DNA of 64,000 bases. Source: Gemmatimonadota bacterium. GTDB taxonomy: Bacteria; Gemmatimonadota; Gemmatimonadetes; Gemmatimonadales; Gemmatimonadaceae. Shown here one piece after another: positions 9,363-18,757 of this stretch. The stretch spans positions 265,105-329,104 of the forward strand of contig JAZJZK010000007.1 in the NCBI GenBank assembly GCA_040389905.1, written 5' to 3'. Position 1 is the first letter of the stretch. Every line of letters begins with the position of its first letter. Under the pieces are notes generated by a model that was given only the letters and a program-made list of their open reading frames with translations, did no database searches and was not told the origin of the DNA. The translations under genes and the position numbers were made by a program.

Positions 9363-10619
9363 CTATTCGTACCGAAGCGCCGTCACCGGATCCAGCTTCG
9401 CCGCCCGCGCCGCCGGGATCATCCCGAACAACACCCCAGTGAACGCGCTGGTCGCCAGCGCCGCGACGACCGCCAACGGCGGCACGCTCGCCGCAATCGG
9501 CGTCGCGGACTTGATCACGAATGCCATCAGCGCACCCAACGCCAGGCCGATGATCGCGCCGATGCCCGTGAGCGTCACCGCTTCAACGAGGAACTGCCAG
9601 AGGATCGTGCCCCGCGTCGCCCCCAGCGCCTTCCGTACGCCGATCTCGCGCGTCCGCTCCGTGACGGAGATCATCATGATCGCGATGACGCCCACCCCGC
9701 CGACGATGAGGCCCACCGCCGACAGCACGACCATCACGAGGAAGAATGCCCCGAAGATTTTGTTGTAAACATCGAACAGCTGGTCCTGCGTGATGATGGC
9801 GAACGTGTTGTCCGAACCCGGCCGCAGTCCGCGCCGAGCGCGCAGCGAAGCGATGACGTCGTCGATCGTCTCCGCGCGTGACGCGCCTGCGGCTGGAATG
9901 ACCGCCAGGCCGATGTCGTTCATGCGCGCCTTCAGCACCTTGCGAGCAGACTCGATCGGGATGATGACGCGCCCCTTGTTGCCCCCGGCGAGAAAGCTCG
10001 CCTGGTAGTGATAGATGCCGAGCACCTTGAAGGGCTGGCCCCCCACCTCGATCGTCTTGTCGATCGGATCGGATTCACCGAACAGCTGCGTGGCGAGCAC
10101 GTCGTTGATCACGGCCACGCGGTCGCCCGAGGTGGCCTCGTTCGCCGTGAAGTTCCGACCGGGATAGATGTCGCCGCCGCCGTCGATTTGCTGCCAGTTT
10201 CCGGTGAAGCCGGTGACCTGGATGCCAGTGGGGCGCTTGTCCTTGTACCCGACCGCAACACCCATGTCGAGGCGCGCTCCGGCGGTGCGGACGGTGGAGA
10301 GCCGGTTGAGCGTTTCCATGTCCGAGAGCGTGACCGGCGGATTGCGCAGCCATTTGCACGTCGCGTCGGTGCCGTCGCACGCCTCGAAGGTGATGGGATA
10401 GCGCGAGACGAAGAACGTCGTCGGTCCCGTGCTCTCGAAATCCTTCGCGACGCTGTCGTTGATACCGTGGATGGCCGCGGAGATGACCACGACCACGAAC
10501 ACGCCGACGGCGATACCGAGGATCGTGAGGCCTGCGCGGACTTTGTTCGCACGAATCGAGTCGAGGGCGATGGTCACGCCTTCGCGAATCGTATGCATGC
10601 GCTGTGAGAAGGTCGCCAT
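9363..10619 (-). CDS. ABC transporter permease, MacB/FtsX type (B-type, pair 2)
   Basis: Near-duplicate of 12119..13375 (MATFSQRMHTIREGVTIALDSIRANKVRAGLTILG...), with a C-terminal FtsX module. Confidence 0.92.
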   Translation of the reverse strand: MATFSQRMHTIREGVTIALDSIRANKVRAGLTILGIAVGVFVVVVISAAIHGINDSVAKDFESTGPTTFFVSRYPITFEACDGTDATCKWLRNPPVTLSDMETLNRLSTVRTAGARLDMGVAVGYKDKRPTGIQVTGFTGNWQQIDGGGDIYPGRNFTANEATSGDRVAVINDVLATQLFGESDPIDKTIEVGGQPFKVLGIYHYQASFLAGGNKGRVIIPIESARKVLKARMNDIGLAVIPAAGASRAETIDDVIASLRARRGLRPGSDNTFAIITQDQLFDVYNKIFGAFFLVMVVLSAVGLIVGGVGVIAIMMISVTERTREIGVRKALGATRGTILWQFLVEAVTLTGIGAIIGLALGALMAFVIKSATPIAASVPPLAVVAALATSAFTGVLFGMIPAARAAKLDPVTALRYE

Positions 10620-10622
10620 GAG

Positions 10623-11867
10623 CTACTCCTGCCTCAGCGCGTCGATGGGATCGAGCCGCGATGCGCGGCTCGCCGGATAGACGCCCGCGATGATGCCGAC
10701 GCCGGCACCAATCGAGATGCCCACCACCACGGACCAGAGCTCGACCGCCGCCGGTAATGGTGTCACCGCCGCGATCAGTTGGGCGAAGGCGAAGCCCGTG
10801 GCGACGCCGAGGGCCGCACCCACGGTGCTCAGCGTCGCGCTTTCCACGAGGAACTGCGACATGATGTCCCGCCGCTTCGCACCGAGCGCCTTGCGGATAC
10901 CGATTTCGCGCGTGCGCTCGGCGACGGCCACCAGCATGATGTTCATGATCACGATTGCTCCGACGACCAACCCGATGGCCGGCAGCGCCACGCCCGCCAT
11001 CACCAGGTAGCCCTTGATCTTGTTCCAGAACTCGAGCGCCGACTCCGACGTCTCCAGCTCGAAATTGTCTTTCTGGTTCGGTCGCAGGCCATGCCGCGCC
11101 CGCATCACCTGTCGCACCGACTCCATCGCCTCGAGCATCCCCTCTCGGCTCGGCGTCTGGAACATCACAGCGTCGATGACACCGTGGGCGTTCACGTATC
11201 GATTCAGCGGCGACTTGTGTGGCGCGATGATGAACTTGTCGAAGGAGAGTCCGAACGCGCTCCCCTGCTTTTCCATCAGCCCGACGACCGTATACGGAAT
11301 ACCTCGAATCGTGAGCTCGCGGTTGACTGGATCGAGGGCAGGGAAGAAGTAGTCGGCAACGTCCTGCCCGATGACGATCACGTTCATCCCGCGCTCGTAT
11401 TCCTGCGGCGAAAACAGCCGGCCACTTACCGGTGCCATTCGCTTGATGTTGAAATAGTCTTCCGTGACGGTATACGTCTGCACCTGCTGTGGCTTCGCCA
11501 CGTAGCGCGACTGCGCACTCAGGTTGTCATTGCCGAGGACTGCCCAGTGCACGCCTTCGGGCAAGGCGTCGACGACGGGCTGCACATCGCTATCCTTGAT
11601 GCGCGGCCGGCGGCGCATCTGACGGAAATAGTCGTCGTCGTGATCGCCGATGTTGATGTTCGGGCGGTATCGGAGCTCGAACGAGTTGATCGCCATGATC
11701 TTGCCGACGAGCTGGTCGGTCATGTAGCGGCTCATGCCGCCGACGATTGAGACAACGGCGATCAGAAATGTGACACCGATCATCACGCCCAGGAGGGTGA
11801 AGAAGCTCTTGAGCTTCTGGACCCAGATCTGCTGGAGCGCGAGGCGAATTGCGTCGAAAAACGGCAT
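10623..11867 (-). CDS. ABC transporter permease, MacB/FtsX type (A-type, pair 2)
   Basis: Paralogue of 13379..14623; 66 of the first 80 residues are identical by hand count. Confidence 0.92.
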   Translation of the reverse strand: MPFFDAIRLALQQIWVQKLKSFFTLLGVMIGVTFLIAVVSIVGGMSRYMTDQLVGKIMAINSFELRYRPNINIGDHDDDYFRQMRRRPRIKDSDVQPVVDALPEGVHWAVLGNDNLSAQSRYVAKPQQVQTYTVTEDYFNIKRMAPVSGRLFSPQEYERGMNVIVIGQDVADYFFPALDPVNRELTIRGIPYTVVGLMEKQGSAFGLSFDKFIIAPHKSPLNRYVNAHGVIDAVMFQTPSREGMLEAMESVRQVMRARHGLRPNQKDNFELETSESALEFWNKIKGYLVMAGVALPAIGLVVGAIVIMNIMLVAVAERTREIGIRKALGAKRRDIMSQFLVESATLSTVGAALGVATGFAFAQLIAAVTPLPAAVELWSVVVGISIGAGVGIIAGVYPASRASRLDPIDALRQE

Positions 11868-11954
11868 GGTCGTGTTGGAGTTGCGGTACAGCGGGACCTA
11901 CGCGTTGCGTCCGGTAGAAGTGTCAGTCGGACACTTGCTCGAGGTTACGTAGTC

Positions 11955-12064
11955 ATTCACGTCCTTTTTCACGGGGCTTTTCACGTCGTTATTCACGTGG
12001 CTCGTAAGTGCCGTGAATACAAACGTGAAAAGAAACGTGAAAAAGAACGTGAAAACAAACGTGT
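11955..12064. repeat. Palindrome built from short tandem repeats (TTCACG xN / CGTGAA xN, ~12-nt period)
   Basis: Left arm CATTCACGTCCTTTTTCACGGGGCTTTTCACGTCGTTATTCACGTGG, right arm CCGTGAATACAAACGTGAAAAGAAACGTGAAAAAGAACGTGAAAACAAACGTG. Lies between two permease genes inside the operon. Confidence 0.8.
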
Positions 12065-12118
12065 AACGGCGTGGCTACGAACCGCGGTGGGGTCGGAGTC
12101 GTTGAAAAATGACGAACC

Positions 12119-13375
12119 CTACTCGTACCGCAGCGCGGCCACCGGGTCCAGCTTCGCCGCCTTGGCTGCCGGCAACATCCCGAACAACACCCCGGTGAAC
12201 GCCGAAGACAGCAGCGCCGCCAGCACTGCCATCGGCGGCACACTCGCCGCAACGGGCGTCATGGACTTGATCGCGAACGCCATCACCGCACCGAAGAAGA
12301 GTCCAATCACCGCCCCGATTCCCGTGAGCGTGACTGCCTCGACGAGAAACTGCCACAGAATGGTGCTGCGCGTCGCTCCGAGCGCCTTCCGAACCCCGAT
12401 TTCCCGCGTGCGTTCCGTGACCGAGATCATCATGATGGCGATAACGCCGACGCCGCCGACGATCAGACCAACGCCCGAGAGCACCACCATGACCAGGAAG
12501 AACGCGCCGAAGACCTTGTTGTAGATCTCGAACAACTGGTCTTGCGTGATGATCGCGAAGTCATTGTCGGCCGCCGGCCGCAGTCCGTGCCTGCCGCGCA
12601 TCAACGCGATCACATCATCGATCGCATCTGCACGAGTGGACCCCGTGGCGGGAATGACCGACACACCCATCTGGTCGTAGTCCTGACCGAGGTGTTTCTT
12701 CGCTGCCTCGATCGCGATGATGCCTTTGGGGCTATCACCGCCGCCGAGGAAGCTTGCCTTGTAGTGATAAACGCCGATCACCTTGAAGGGCTCGCTGCCA
12801 ATGTTCACCGTCTTGTCGATCGGATCGGATTCACCGAACAACTGCTTCGCCAGTTCCTCGTTGACGATCACCACGCGGTCGCCGGCGTTCGCTTCCGCCT
12901 GCGTGAAGTTGCGCCCGGGATAAAGATCGCCGCCGCCGTCGATCTGCTGCCAGTTACCCGTGTAGCCGTCGATCGAAACGCCAGTGACCCGCTTGTCCCG
13001 GTAGGATGCGTTGCGCGATGTCTGAATCTGTGCGCCAGCCGTTCGCACCGATGACAAATCGGCGATCGCCTCGACGTCAGCGAGCTTCAACGGCGGATTT
13101 CGCCGGTACTTGCACGTATTCTCGGTGCCGTCACACGCTTCGAAGCTGATCGGAAAACGCGAGACGAAGAAGGTCGTCGGCCCTGCGCTCTCGAAGTCCT
13201 TGGCGACGCTCTCGTTGATGCCGTGAATCGCGGCGGAGATGACGACGACGACGAACACGCCGACCGCGATCCCAAGGATGGTGAGACTTGCGCGCACCTT
13301 GTTGGCGCGGATGGAGTCGAGGGCAATCGACACGCCCTCGCGGATCGTGTGCGTGCGCTCTGAAAACGTGGCCAT
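12119..13375 (-). CDS. ABC transporter permease, MacB/FtsX type (B-type, pair 1)
   Basis: FtsX C-terminal module and MacB-like periplasmic domain with the conserved C-DGT-x2-C motif. Confidence 0.92.
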   Translation of the reverse strand: MATFSERTHTIREGVSIALDSIRANKVRASLTILGIAVGVFVVVVISAAIHGINESVAKDFESAGPTTFFVSRFPISFEACDGTENTCKYRRNPPLKLADVEAIADLSSVRTAGAQIQTSRNASYRDKRVTGVSIDGYTGNWQQIDGGGDLYPGRNFTQAEANAGDRVVIVNEELAKQLFGESDPIDKTVNIGSEPFKVIGVYHYKASFLGGGDSPKGIIAIEAAKKHLGQDYDQMGVSVIPATGSTRADAIDDVIALMRGRHGLRPAADNDFAIITQDQLFEIYNKVFGAFFLVMVVLSGVGLIVGGVGVIAIMMISVTERTREIGVRKALGATRSTILWQFLVEAVTLTGIGAVIGLFFGAVMAFAIKSMTPVAASVPPMAVLAALLSSAFTGVLFGMLPAAKAAKLDPVAALRYE

Positions 13376-13378
13376 GGT

Positions 13379-14623
13379 CTACTCCTGCCTCAATGCATCG
13401 ATGGGATCCAGCCGAGACGCGCGACTCGCTGGATACACGCCAGCGATGATCCCAACGCCGGCACCGATCGAGATGCCGACGACCACCGACCAGATTTCAA
13501 CCGCGGCCGGAAGTGGACTCACGAGGGAAATAATCTTCGCGAAGGCAAAGCCCGTCGCCACGCCGAGTGCCGCGCCGACGGTGCTCAGCGTCGCACTCTC
13601 GACGAGAAACTGCGACATGATGTCGCGGCGCTTCGCACCGAGTGCCTTCCGGATGCCGATTTCGCGCGTGCGCTCCGCGACAGCGACGAGCATGATGTTC
13701 ATGATGACGATCGCGCCGACGACCAACCCGATCGCGGGTAGGGCCACGCCCGCCATGACGAGATAGCCCTTGATCTTGTTCCAGAATTCCAGCGCGGAAT
13801 CGGACGTCTGGAGCTCGAAGTTGTCTTTCTGGTTGGGCCGCAGTTGGTGTCGAATGCGCATGACCTCGCGCACCTTGTCCATCGTCGTGATCAGCTCACC
13901 GCTACTCGGCGTCTGGATGATGATCGAGTTGATGACGCCGTGCAGGTTGACGAGGCGGTTCAGCGGAGAGGTGTGGGGCGCGATGATGAATTGGTCGAAC
14001 GACTGGCCGAATGCGCTGCCCTGCGTTTCCATCACGCCGACGACCGTGTAGGGAATGCCCTTGACGATCAATTCGCGGCCGATCGGGTCGAGTCCGGCGA
14101 AGTAGTGCTTCGCGACGTCCTGCCCGACGACGATGGAGTTCGTGCCGTGCGCGAACTCCTGCGGGCTGAAAAGGCGGCCAGACACGGGCGCCATGCGCTT
14201 GATGTCGAAGTAGTCGCTGGTCACGGTAAAAACCCGCACCGCCTTGGGCTTGAGCTGGTATTTCGACTCAGCCATCTGGCTGCCGATACCCACGGCCGCC
14301 CAGCGCACGTCCTTCGGCAGCACGGCGACCACGGGCTCGATGTCCGATTCCAAGATGCGCGGACGCCGCCGCACCTCGCGCTGATGTTCCTCGGAGTTAT
14401 CGCCGATGTTGATGCTCGGCCGCTGGCGCAGCTCGAACGAGTTGATCGCCATGATCTTCCCAACGAGCTCGTCGCTCATGTAGCGGTTCATCCCGCCAAC
14501 GATCGAGACGACGGCGATGAGGAACGTGACGCCGATCATGACGCCGAGGAGGGTGAAGAAGCTCTTGAGCTTCTGGACCCAGATCGTCTGGAGGGCAAGG
14601 CGGACGGCTTCTATGAACGGCAT
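13379..14623 (-). CDS. ABC transporter permease, MacB/FtsX type (A-type, pair 1)
   Basis: MPFIEAVRLALQTIWVQKLKSFF... and a C-terminal FtsX module. Confidence 0.92.
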   Translation of the reverse strand: MPFIEAVRLALQTIWVQKLKSFFTLLGVMIGVTFLIAVVSIVGGMNRYMSDELVGKIMAINSFELRQRPSINIGDNSEEHQREVRRRPRILESDIEPVVAVLPKDVRWAAVGIGSQMAESKYQLKPKAVRVFTVTSDYFDIKRMAPVSGRLFSPQEFAHGTNSIVVGQDVAKHYFAGLDPIGRELIVKGIPYTVVGVMETQGSAFGQSFDQFIIAPHTSPLNRLVNLHGVINSIIIQTPSSGELITTMDKVREVMRIRHQLRPNQKDNFELQTSDSALEFWNKIKGYLVMAGVALPAIGLVVGAIVIMNIMLVAVAERTREIGIRKALGAKRRDIMSQFLVESATLSTVGAALGVATGFAFAKIISLVSPLPAAVEIWSVVVGISIGAGVGIIAGVYPASRASRLDPIDALRQE

Positions 14624-14640
14624 TGTCTAAGCGACTGGGG

Positions 14641-14895
14641 ATAGGAGCTAGGTGCTAGGTGCTAGGTGCTAGGAGCTAGGTGCTAGGTGCAAAGGGACAG
14701 CCGCTCGTTTTGTCGCCCTGAGCGTAGCGAAGGGCCTGCACCTCACGCCGTGGAACTGCACGTGCAGATCCCTCGACTTCGCTCGGGATGACATCCAGTC
14801 TGTATGCTACCTGAATGACGAACGAGCCGCGCTGAAAGTCAGCGCGGCTCGCAGTTTTTCCTAGCCCCTAACTCCTAGCGCCTAGCCCCTGAAAA
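14641..14895. repeat. Composite nested palindrome: 7-nt tandem repeats (GCTAGGT) on the left and their complement (CCTAGC..) on the right, enclosing a family-A copy and a family-B half-copy
   Basis: 14641-14690 AGGAGCTAGGTGCTAGGTGCTAGGTGCTAGGAGCTAGGTGCTAGGTGC; 14861-14893 TCCTAGCCCCTAACTCCTAGCGCCTAGCCCC; family A at 14707-14743; family B half at 14761-14792. Confidence 0.8.
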
Positions 14896-14900
14896 ACTAC

Positions 14901-15713
14901 TTACTTCAAGACCGGAGCCGGGATTCCCAGCTTCTCCACGAACGTCGACCGGCGATCATCAGAAGAAACCAAGCCGTCCCGGAGCACGACGATACGCCGC
15001 GCGTGCGCTGCGATGTCGGGCTCGTGCGTGACCATGATGACCGTCTGGCCCTGATCCGCCAGGTTTTCGAACACACGCATGATTTCCTCGGACGTCGTCG
15101 AGTCGAGGTTACCAGTCGGTTCGTCAGCGAGCAGGATGGAGGGGTTGTTCACGAGCGCCCGTGCGATGGCAACGCGCTGGCGCTGACCGCCGGACAACTC
15201 GTTCGGACGGTGATCCATGCGCTTGTCGAGCTGGACGCGCGTGAGCGCTTCCGCGGCGCGACGCTTGCGCTCGTCGGCCGGGACGCCGGCGTAGACCAGC
15301 GGAAGCTCCACGTTGTGCAGCGCGGTTGCGCGGGGAAGCAGGTTGAACGTCTGGAAGACGAAGCCGATTTCCTTGTTGCGGACGCGGGCGAGCTCGTCGT
15401 CGCTCATCTTCGAGACTTCCTTGCCATTGAGCCAGTATTCGCCGGCGTTCGGCGTGTCCAGACAGCCGATGACGTTCATCAGCGTGGACTTGCCGGAGCC
15501 GGACGGGCCCATGATGGCGACGTATTCGTTGCGCATGATCGCGAGGTCGACCCCGCGCAGCGCGCGGACGACTTCGCCACCCATGTCGTACTCACGCTTG
15601 ATGCCACGGGTGACGATGACCCAATCCTTGCCCGGCATCGCGCCCGGAACCGAGACCACCGCCTGCCGCTCGGCCGTCATGCCAAGCGGCGCTTCTACTG
15701 TGTCGTTGCTCAC
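14901..15713 (-). CDS. ABC transporter ATP-binding protein (MacB-NBD/LolD-like, stand-alone)
   Basis: Walker [10 protein letters not shown], signature [15 protein letters not shown], Walker [17 protein letters not shown] overlap with the upstream adaptor gene. Confidence 0.93.
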   Translation of the reverse strand: MSNDTVEAPLGMTAERQAVVSVPGAMPGKDWVIVTRGIKREYDMGGEVVRALRGVDLAIMRNEYVAIMGPSGSGKSTLMNVIGCLDTPNAGEYWLNGKEVSKMSDDELARVRNKEIGFVFQTFNLLPRATALHNVELPLVYAGVPADERKRRAAEALTRVQLDKRMDHRPNELSGGQRQRVAIARALVNNPSILLADEPTGNLDSTTSEEIMRVFENLADQGQTVIMVTHEPDIAAHARRIVVLRDGLVSSDDRRSTFVEKLGIPAPVLK

Positions 15714-16993
15714 GTTTTTGCTGCCGTCGCCGGCTTCTTGGGGTCGACCTTCGGTTCGCGAACGAGCGCACCGTCCTTCAGCTCGCGGATTGCCTGGTAC
15801 GTGCCAGCCACGATCTTGTCACCAGCCTTCAGGCCGTTGATGACTTCGAAGTGCTTCTCACCAGCAATCCCTACCTTTACGGGCCGGAAGGTCACTTTGT
15901 TGTCCGTGCCCACTACAAAGACACCTTCAACGTCTTTCTTGCCGACTTCCTTCTTCGGTTTGGCCTTTCCGAGCCCGACCGCGGTATCACCCTTGGTCAG
16001 GGCCTCGTTCTCACGAACGGTCAGCGCGATGATCGGGATCGAGAGCGCCTGCTTCCGGGTGTCCGTGATGATCTTCGCCGTGGCGGAGAAGTCCGGACGC
16101 GTCTCGGCCGGCGTGTTCACGAGCTGGATGGTGACTTCGTAGTCCACCGCCTGATCGGTCCCGGTCGCCGTCGCGCCCTTGACCGCGCTGTTCGAGATCT
16201 TGGTCACCTTGCCGATGAAGGTCGTATCGGGGAAGGCATCGATCTGGATGACCGCGGAGTCGCCAATCGTGATGCGTGCGACATCCGTTTCGTCAACCTT
16301 GACCTTGGTCTCCAGCACGCTCATGTCGGCGATCGTGAGCAGCGTGGCGGCGTCCTTGTTCATCGTGCCCTGGATTGCCGTTTCGCCATTCTCGACGACA
16401 AGGCGCGTCACGCGGCCCGACATTGGCGCGTAAATGGACGTCTTGCCAAGAGCGCTCTGAGCGTCGCGGAGCAGCGCGGTCGACTGGTCGACCTGGTGCT
16501 TCGCCGCATCGAACTGTGCCTTGTTCACTTCCACCGCCGTGCGGAGCTGTTCCATCTGCTCTTCAGCGATGAGCTGCGGGTTGGTCTTCTTGATCTTCGC
16601 GGTGCGGTCCAGACTGTTCTGCGCCTGGAGCAGATTGGCGTTCGCCTGCGCCATCTGCGCCTTGGACGACGCGACGGACGCTTCCATGCGTTCCACCGCC
16701 GCCTGCGCCTGCTGCGCATCGATCTGGAGCAGGAACTGGCCCTTGGTGACCATCTGGCCTTCCTTCACTGCCAGCCTGACAATTTTGCCGGTGATGTCGG
16801 AGCTGAGGTCGACCTTGGTCTGCGGGCGGACCTGGCCGCTGGCGGTGACCGAGGCGATCAGATCGCGGGCCTGGACCAGTTCCGTGCGCACTTCAACGGC
16901 CTTGTTGCCGCGCTTCGCGGCAGTCAGGGCAGCGATGGCGCCGAGCACCACGATCACCCCGCCAAACACGCCAAACTTCACTTTCTTGCTCAT
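15710..16993 (-). CDS. Efflux periplasmic adaptor (HlyD/MacA family)
   Basis: N-terminal TM ([19 protein letters not shown]), long coiled-coil, beta-barrel and MP domains typical of MacA. Start taken at MSKKVKF (ATG 16991-16993). Confidence 0.88.
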   Translation of the reverse strand: MSKKVKFGVFGGVIVVLGAIAALTAAKRGNKAVEVRTELVQARDLIASVTASGQVRPQTKVDLSSDITGKIVRLAVKEGQMVTKGQFLLQIDAQQAQAAVERMEASVASSKAQMAQANANLLQAQNSLDRTAKIKKTNPQLIAEEQMEQLRTAVEVNKAQFDAAKHQVDQSTALLRDAQSALGKTSIYAPMSGRVTRLVVENGETAIQGTMNKDAATLLTIADMSVLETKVKVDETDVARITIGDSAVIQIDAFPDTTFIGKVTKISNSAVKGATATGTDQAVDYEVTIQLVNTPAETRPDFSATAKIITDTRKQALSIPIIALTVRENEALTKGDTAVGLGKAKPKKEVGKKDVEGVFVVGTDNKVTFRPVKVGIAGEKHFEVINGLKAGDKIVAGTYQAIRELKDGALVREPKVDPKKPATAAKT

Positions 16994-17015
16994 ATGATTA
17001 TCTCGGTGGGGAGAA

Positions 17016-18479
17016 CTAGCGGAGGGGATGGCCGACCGCGTTCTCGAGCGCGGCAAAGGCCTTATGGTAGTCGTACACGGCGTTGACGCGATCGATCAGC
17101 GCCTGCTCGTAGCTGCCACGGGAGGTGACGACATCGAGGAAGGTGGATGCGCCGACCTTGTACCGCTCTTCGGCGTACGCCAATTCTTCCTTTGCCTTCG
17201 CCGCGTTCTGCTCCTGCAGCTTGACCGTCTGCACGGCGGTCGTGAGCGTGCGGTAGGCCTGCGTCACATCGGCGGTCAGCGCCAAATCCTTTGCCTTCAC
17301 GTTGTACTGCGCGTCCTCGCGGCTCACCTGCGCCTGCTGCACTCGCTCCTCGCGGGAGAAGTTGTCGAACAGGGGAAGGGAAAGCTGCGCGCTCAGCGCC
17401 AGTGGTGAGCGCTGGAAGTTGAAGGGGAACTGGCTGTTGCGGTCGCGAATGGCATCGGCCTGCGCGGTCGTGAACTGATATTTCGACCCGTTGCAATTCG
17501 CGCTCGGCAACCCGACCCGAGTGCGGATCGAGTCCTGTTGAAAGCAATCGATCTGCGCGCCGATAATGCCGGCCTGCGCCTGATTGACCAGGTAGTCGCT
17601 GTTCGTGTACTGGTATGAGTTGCCGCCCAGGCCCGTGCTCAGTGACAACGTGGGGGTGTACGCCGACTTGGCGACTTCCAGGTTGAGCCCCGCCGACCGG
17701 TCGCGCGCGCGGAGCGCGACGATCGCCGGGTTGCGGCTCCGCGCGTCGTCGAGCAACGAGGCGAGCTGGAAGTTGGGTTCCACAATCTGGAAATCCGTAA
17801 CCAGCTTCGCGTTCTCCGGCTGCGGCACGCCCATCTGCTGGTAGAGCCGCAGCTTCTCGATTTCGACGTTGTTGCGCTCACGAAGCAGCGCCACCTGCGT
17901 CTGGCCGAGTGCGACTTCGGCGCGACGGATGTCGAGGGAGGTTCCGGATCCGACTTCCACCTTTGCCTTCGCGAGGTCGAGCTGCGTCTGGGCCGTGAGG
18001 ACCAGTGTGTCCTGCAATGCGGCGCGCGCCTGGGCCTGGAGTACGCTCAGGTACTGCTGTGTCACCGTGGCGCGGAGGTTTTCCGCCGATCCCGCCACAT
18101 CTGCCTCGACCGCATCCCGATTGGCCACTGCGGCCTTGGGCGTCAGGAACGTGGAGCGATTGACGCGGTAGCTGAGGCCAATGCTGTAACCCGACTGCAA
18201 CGTTGCAGAACTGTTACTGAACGACTGGCCGCTGAACACCTGCTGGCCGGCCTGCTGATAGCGGCTGGAGAAAGAAGCATCGGCAGAGGGCAGCAGGCCG
18301 CCGCGCGCGCTGCGAATGGCGGCGTCCGCCGTGCGACGCGCGTTCGCCTGTGAGAGATACACGGGATTGTTACGCCGGGCGAGCGTGATCGCGTCGTCCA
18401 GAGTGAGCGTGGCCGTGCCGGTCTGAGCCTGAAGTACGGGCGCCGCGGCTACAACGGCAAGCGCGAACAAAATACGCAT
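17016..18479 (-). CDS. TolC-family outer-membrane efflux protein
   Basis: Signal peptide MRILFALAVVAAAPVLQAQ, two-repeat OEP architecture and a C-terminal YDYHKAFAALENAVG motif region. Confidence 0.88.
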   Translation of the reverse strand: MRILFALAVVAAAPVLQAQTGTATLTLDDAITLARRNNPVYLSQANARRTADAAIRSARGGLLPSADASFSSRYQQAGQQVFSGQSFSNSSATLQSGYSIGLSYRVNRSTFLTPKAAVANRDAVEADVAGSAENLRATVTQQYLSVLQAQARAALQDTLVLTAQTQLDLAKAKVEVGSGTSLDIRRAEVALGQTQVALLRERNNVEIEKLRLYQQMGVPQPENAKLVTDFQIVEPNFQLASLLDDARSRNPAIVALRARDRSAGLNLEVAKSAYTPTLSLSTGLGGNSYQYTNSDYLVNQAQAGIIGAQIDCFQQDSIRTRVGLPSANCNGSKYQFTTAQADAIRDRNSQFPFNFQRSPLALSAQLSLPLFDNFSREERVQQAQVSREDAQYNVKAKDLALTADVTQAYRTLTTAVQTVKLQEQNAAKAKEELAYAEERYKVGASTFLDVVTSRGSYEQALIDRVNAVYDYHKAFAALENAVGHPLR

Positions 18480-18603
18480 CGGAGGGAAGTTCCTGTTGTG
18501 ATGGTCACCGTCCCGTACGGGGCAGTGGTTGGAGCGGTTTCAGACAAATCTTTGACGACCGAGCGGCACCTTTGGCAATCCTGTTTTCCGCTTGGGTTGT
18601 CGC

Positions 18604-18752
18604 GTTGTTCCGCTTGTTTTGTCGCCCTGAGCGAAGCAAAGGGCCCGCACCTGCTGTTCCGCCTGTTATGTCGCCCTGAACGAAGTGAAGGGCCCGCACC
18701 TGCTGTTCCGCGTGTTTTGTCGCCCTGAGCGAAGCGAAGGGCCCGCACCTGC
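18604..18752. repeat. Three tandem copies of the family-A repeat (~51-nt period)
   Basis: CTGTTCCGC(T/C/G)TGTT(T/A)TGTCGCCCTGA(G/A)CGAAG(C/T)(A/G)AAGGGCCCGCACCTG occurs three times in a row. Confidence 0.88.
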
Positions 18753-18757
18753 TTTAG

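Noticed and set aside
15003-17086. Long plus-strand ORFs (379 aa and 411 aa) opposite the ATPase and MacA genes. Similar long antisense ORFs lie at 628-1542, 20546-21373, 35466-36656, 41236-42294, 47766-48920, 50548-51783, 54027-55031 and 56777-58015.
   Set aside because: These are typical shadow ORFs of high-G+C DNA. They are Arg/Ala/Gly/Pro-rich with no motifs, and in each case the opposite strand encodes a protein with clear family signatures.
18480-18600. Sigma-54-type promoter (GGCAC...GCA) near 18565-18580, and another near 29243-29262
   Set aside because: The spacing between the GG and GC elements does not fit the -24/-12 consensus: 10 and 14 nt instead of 12 by my count. The orientation also does not serve a downstream gene.
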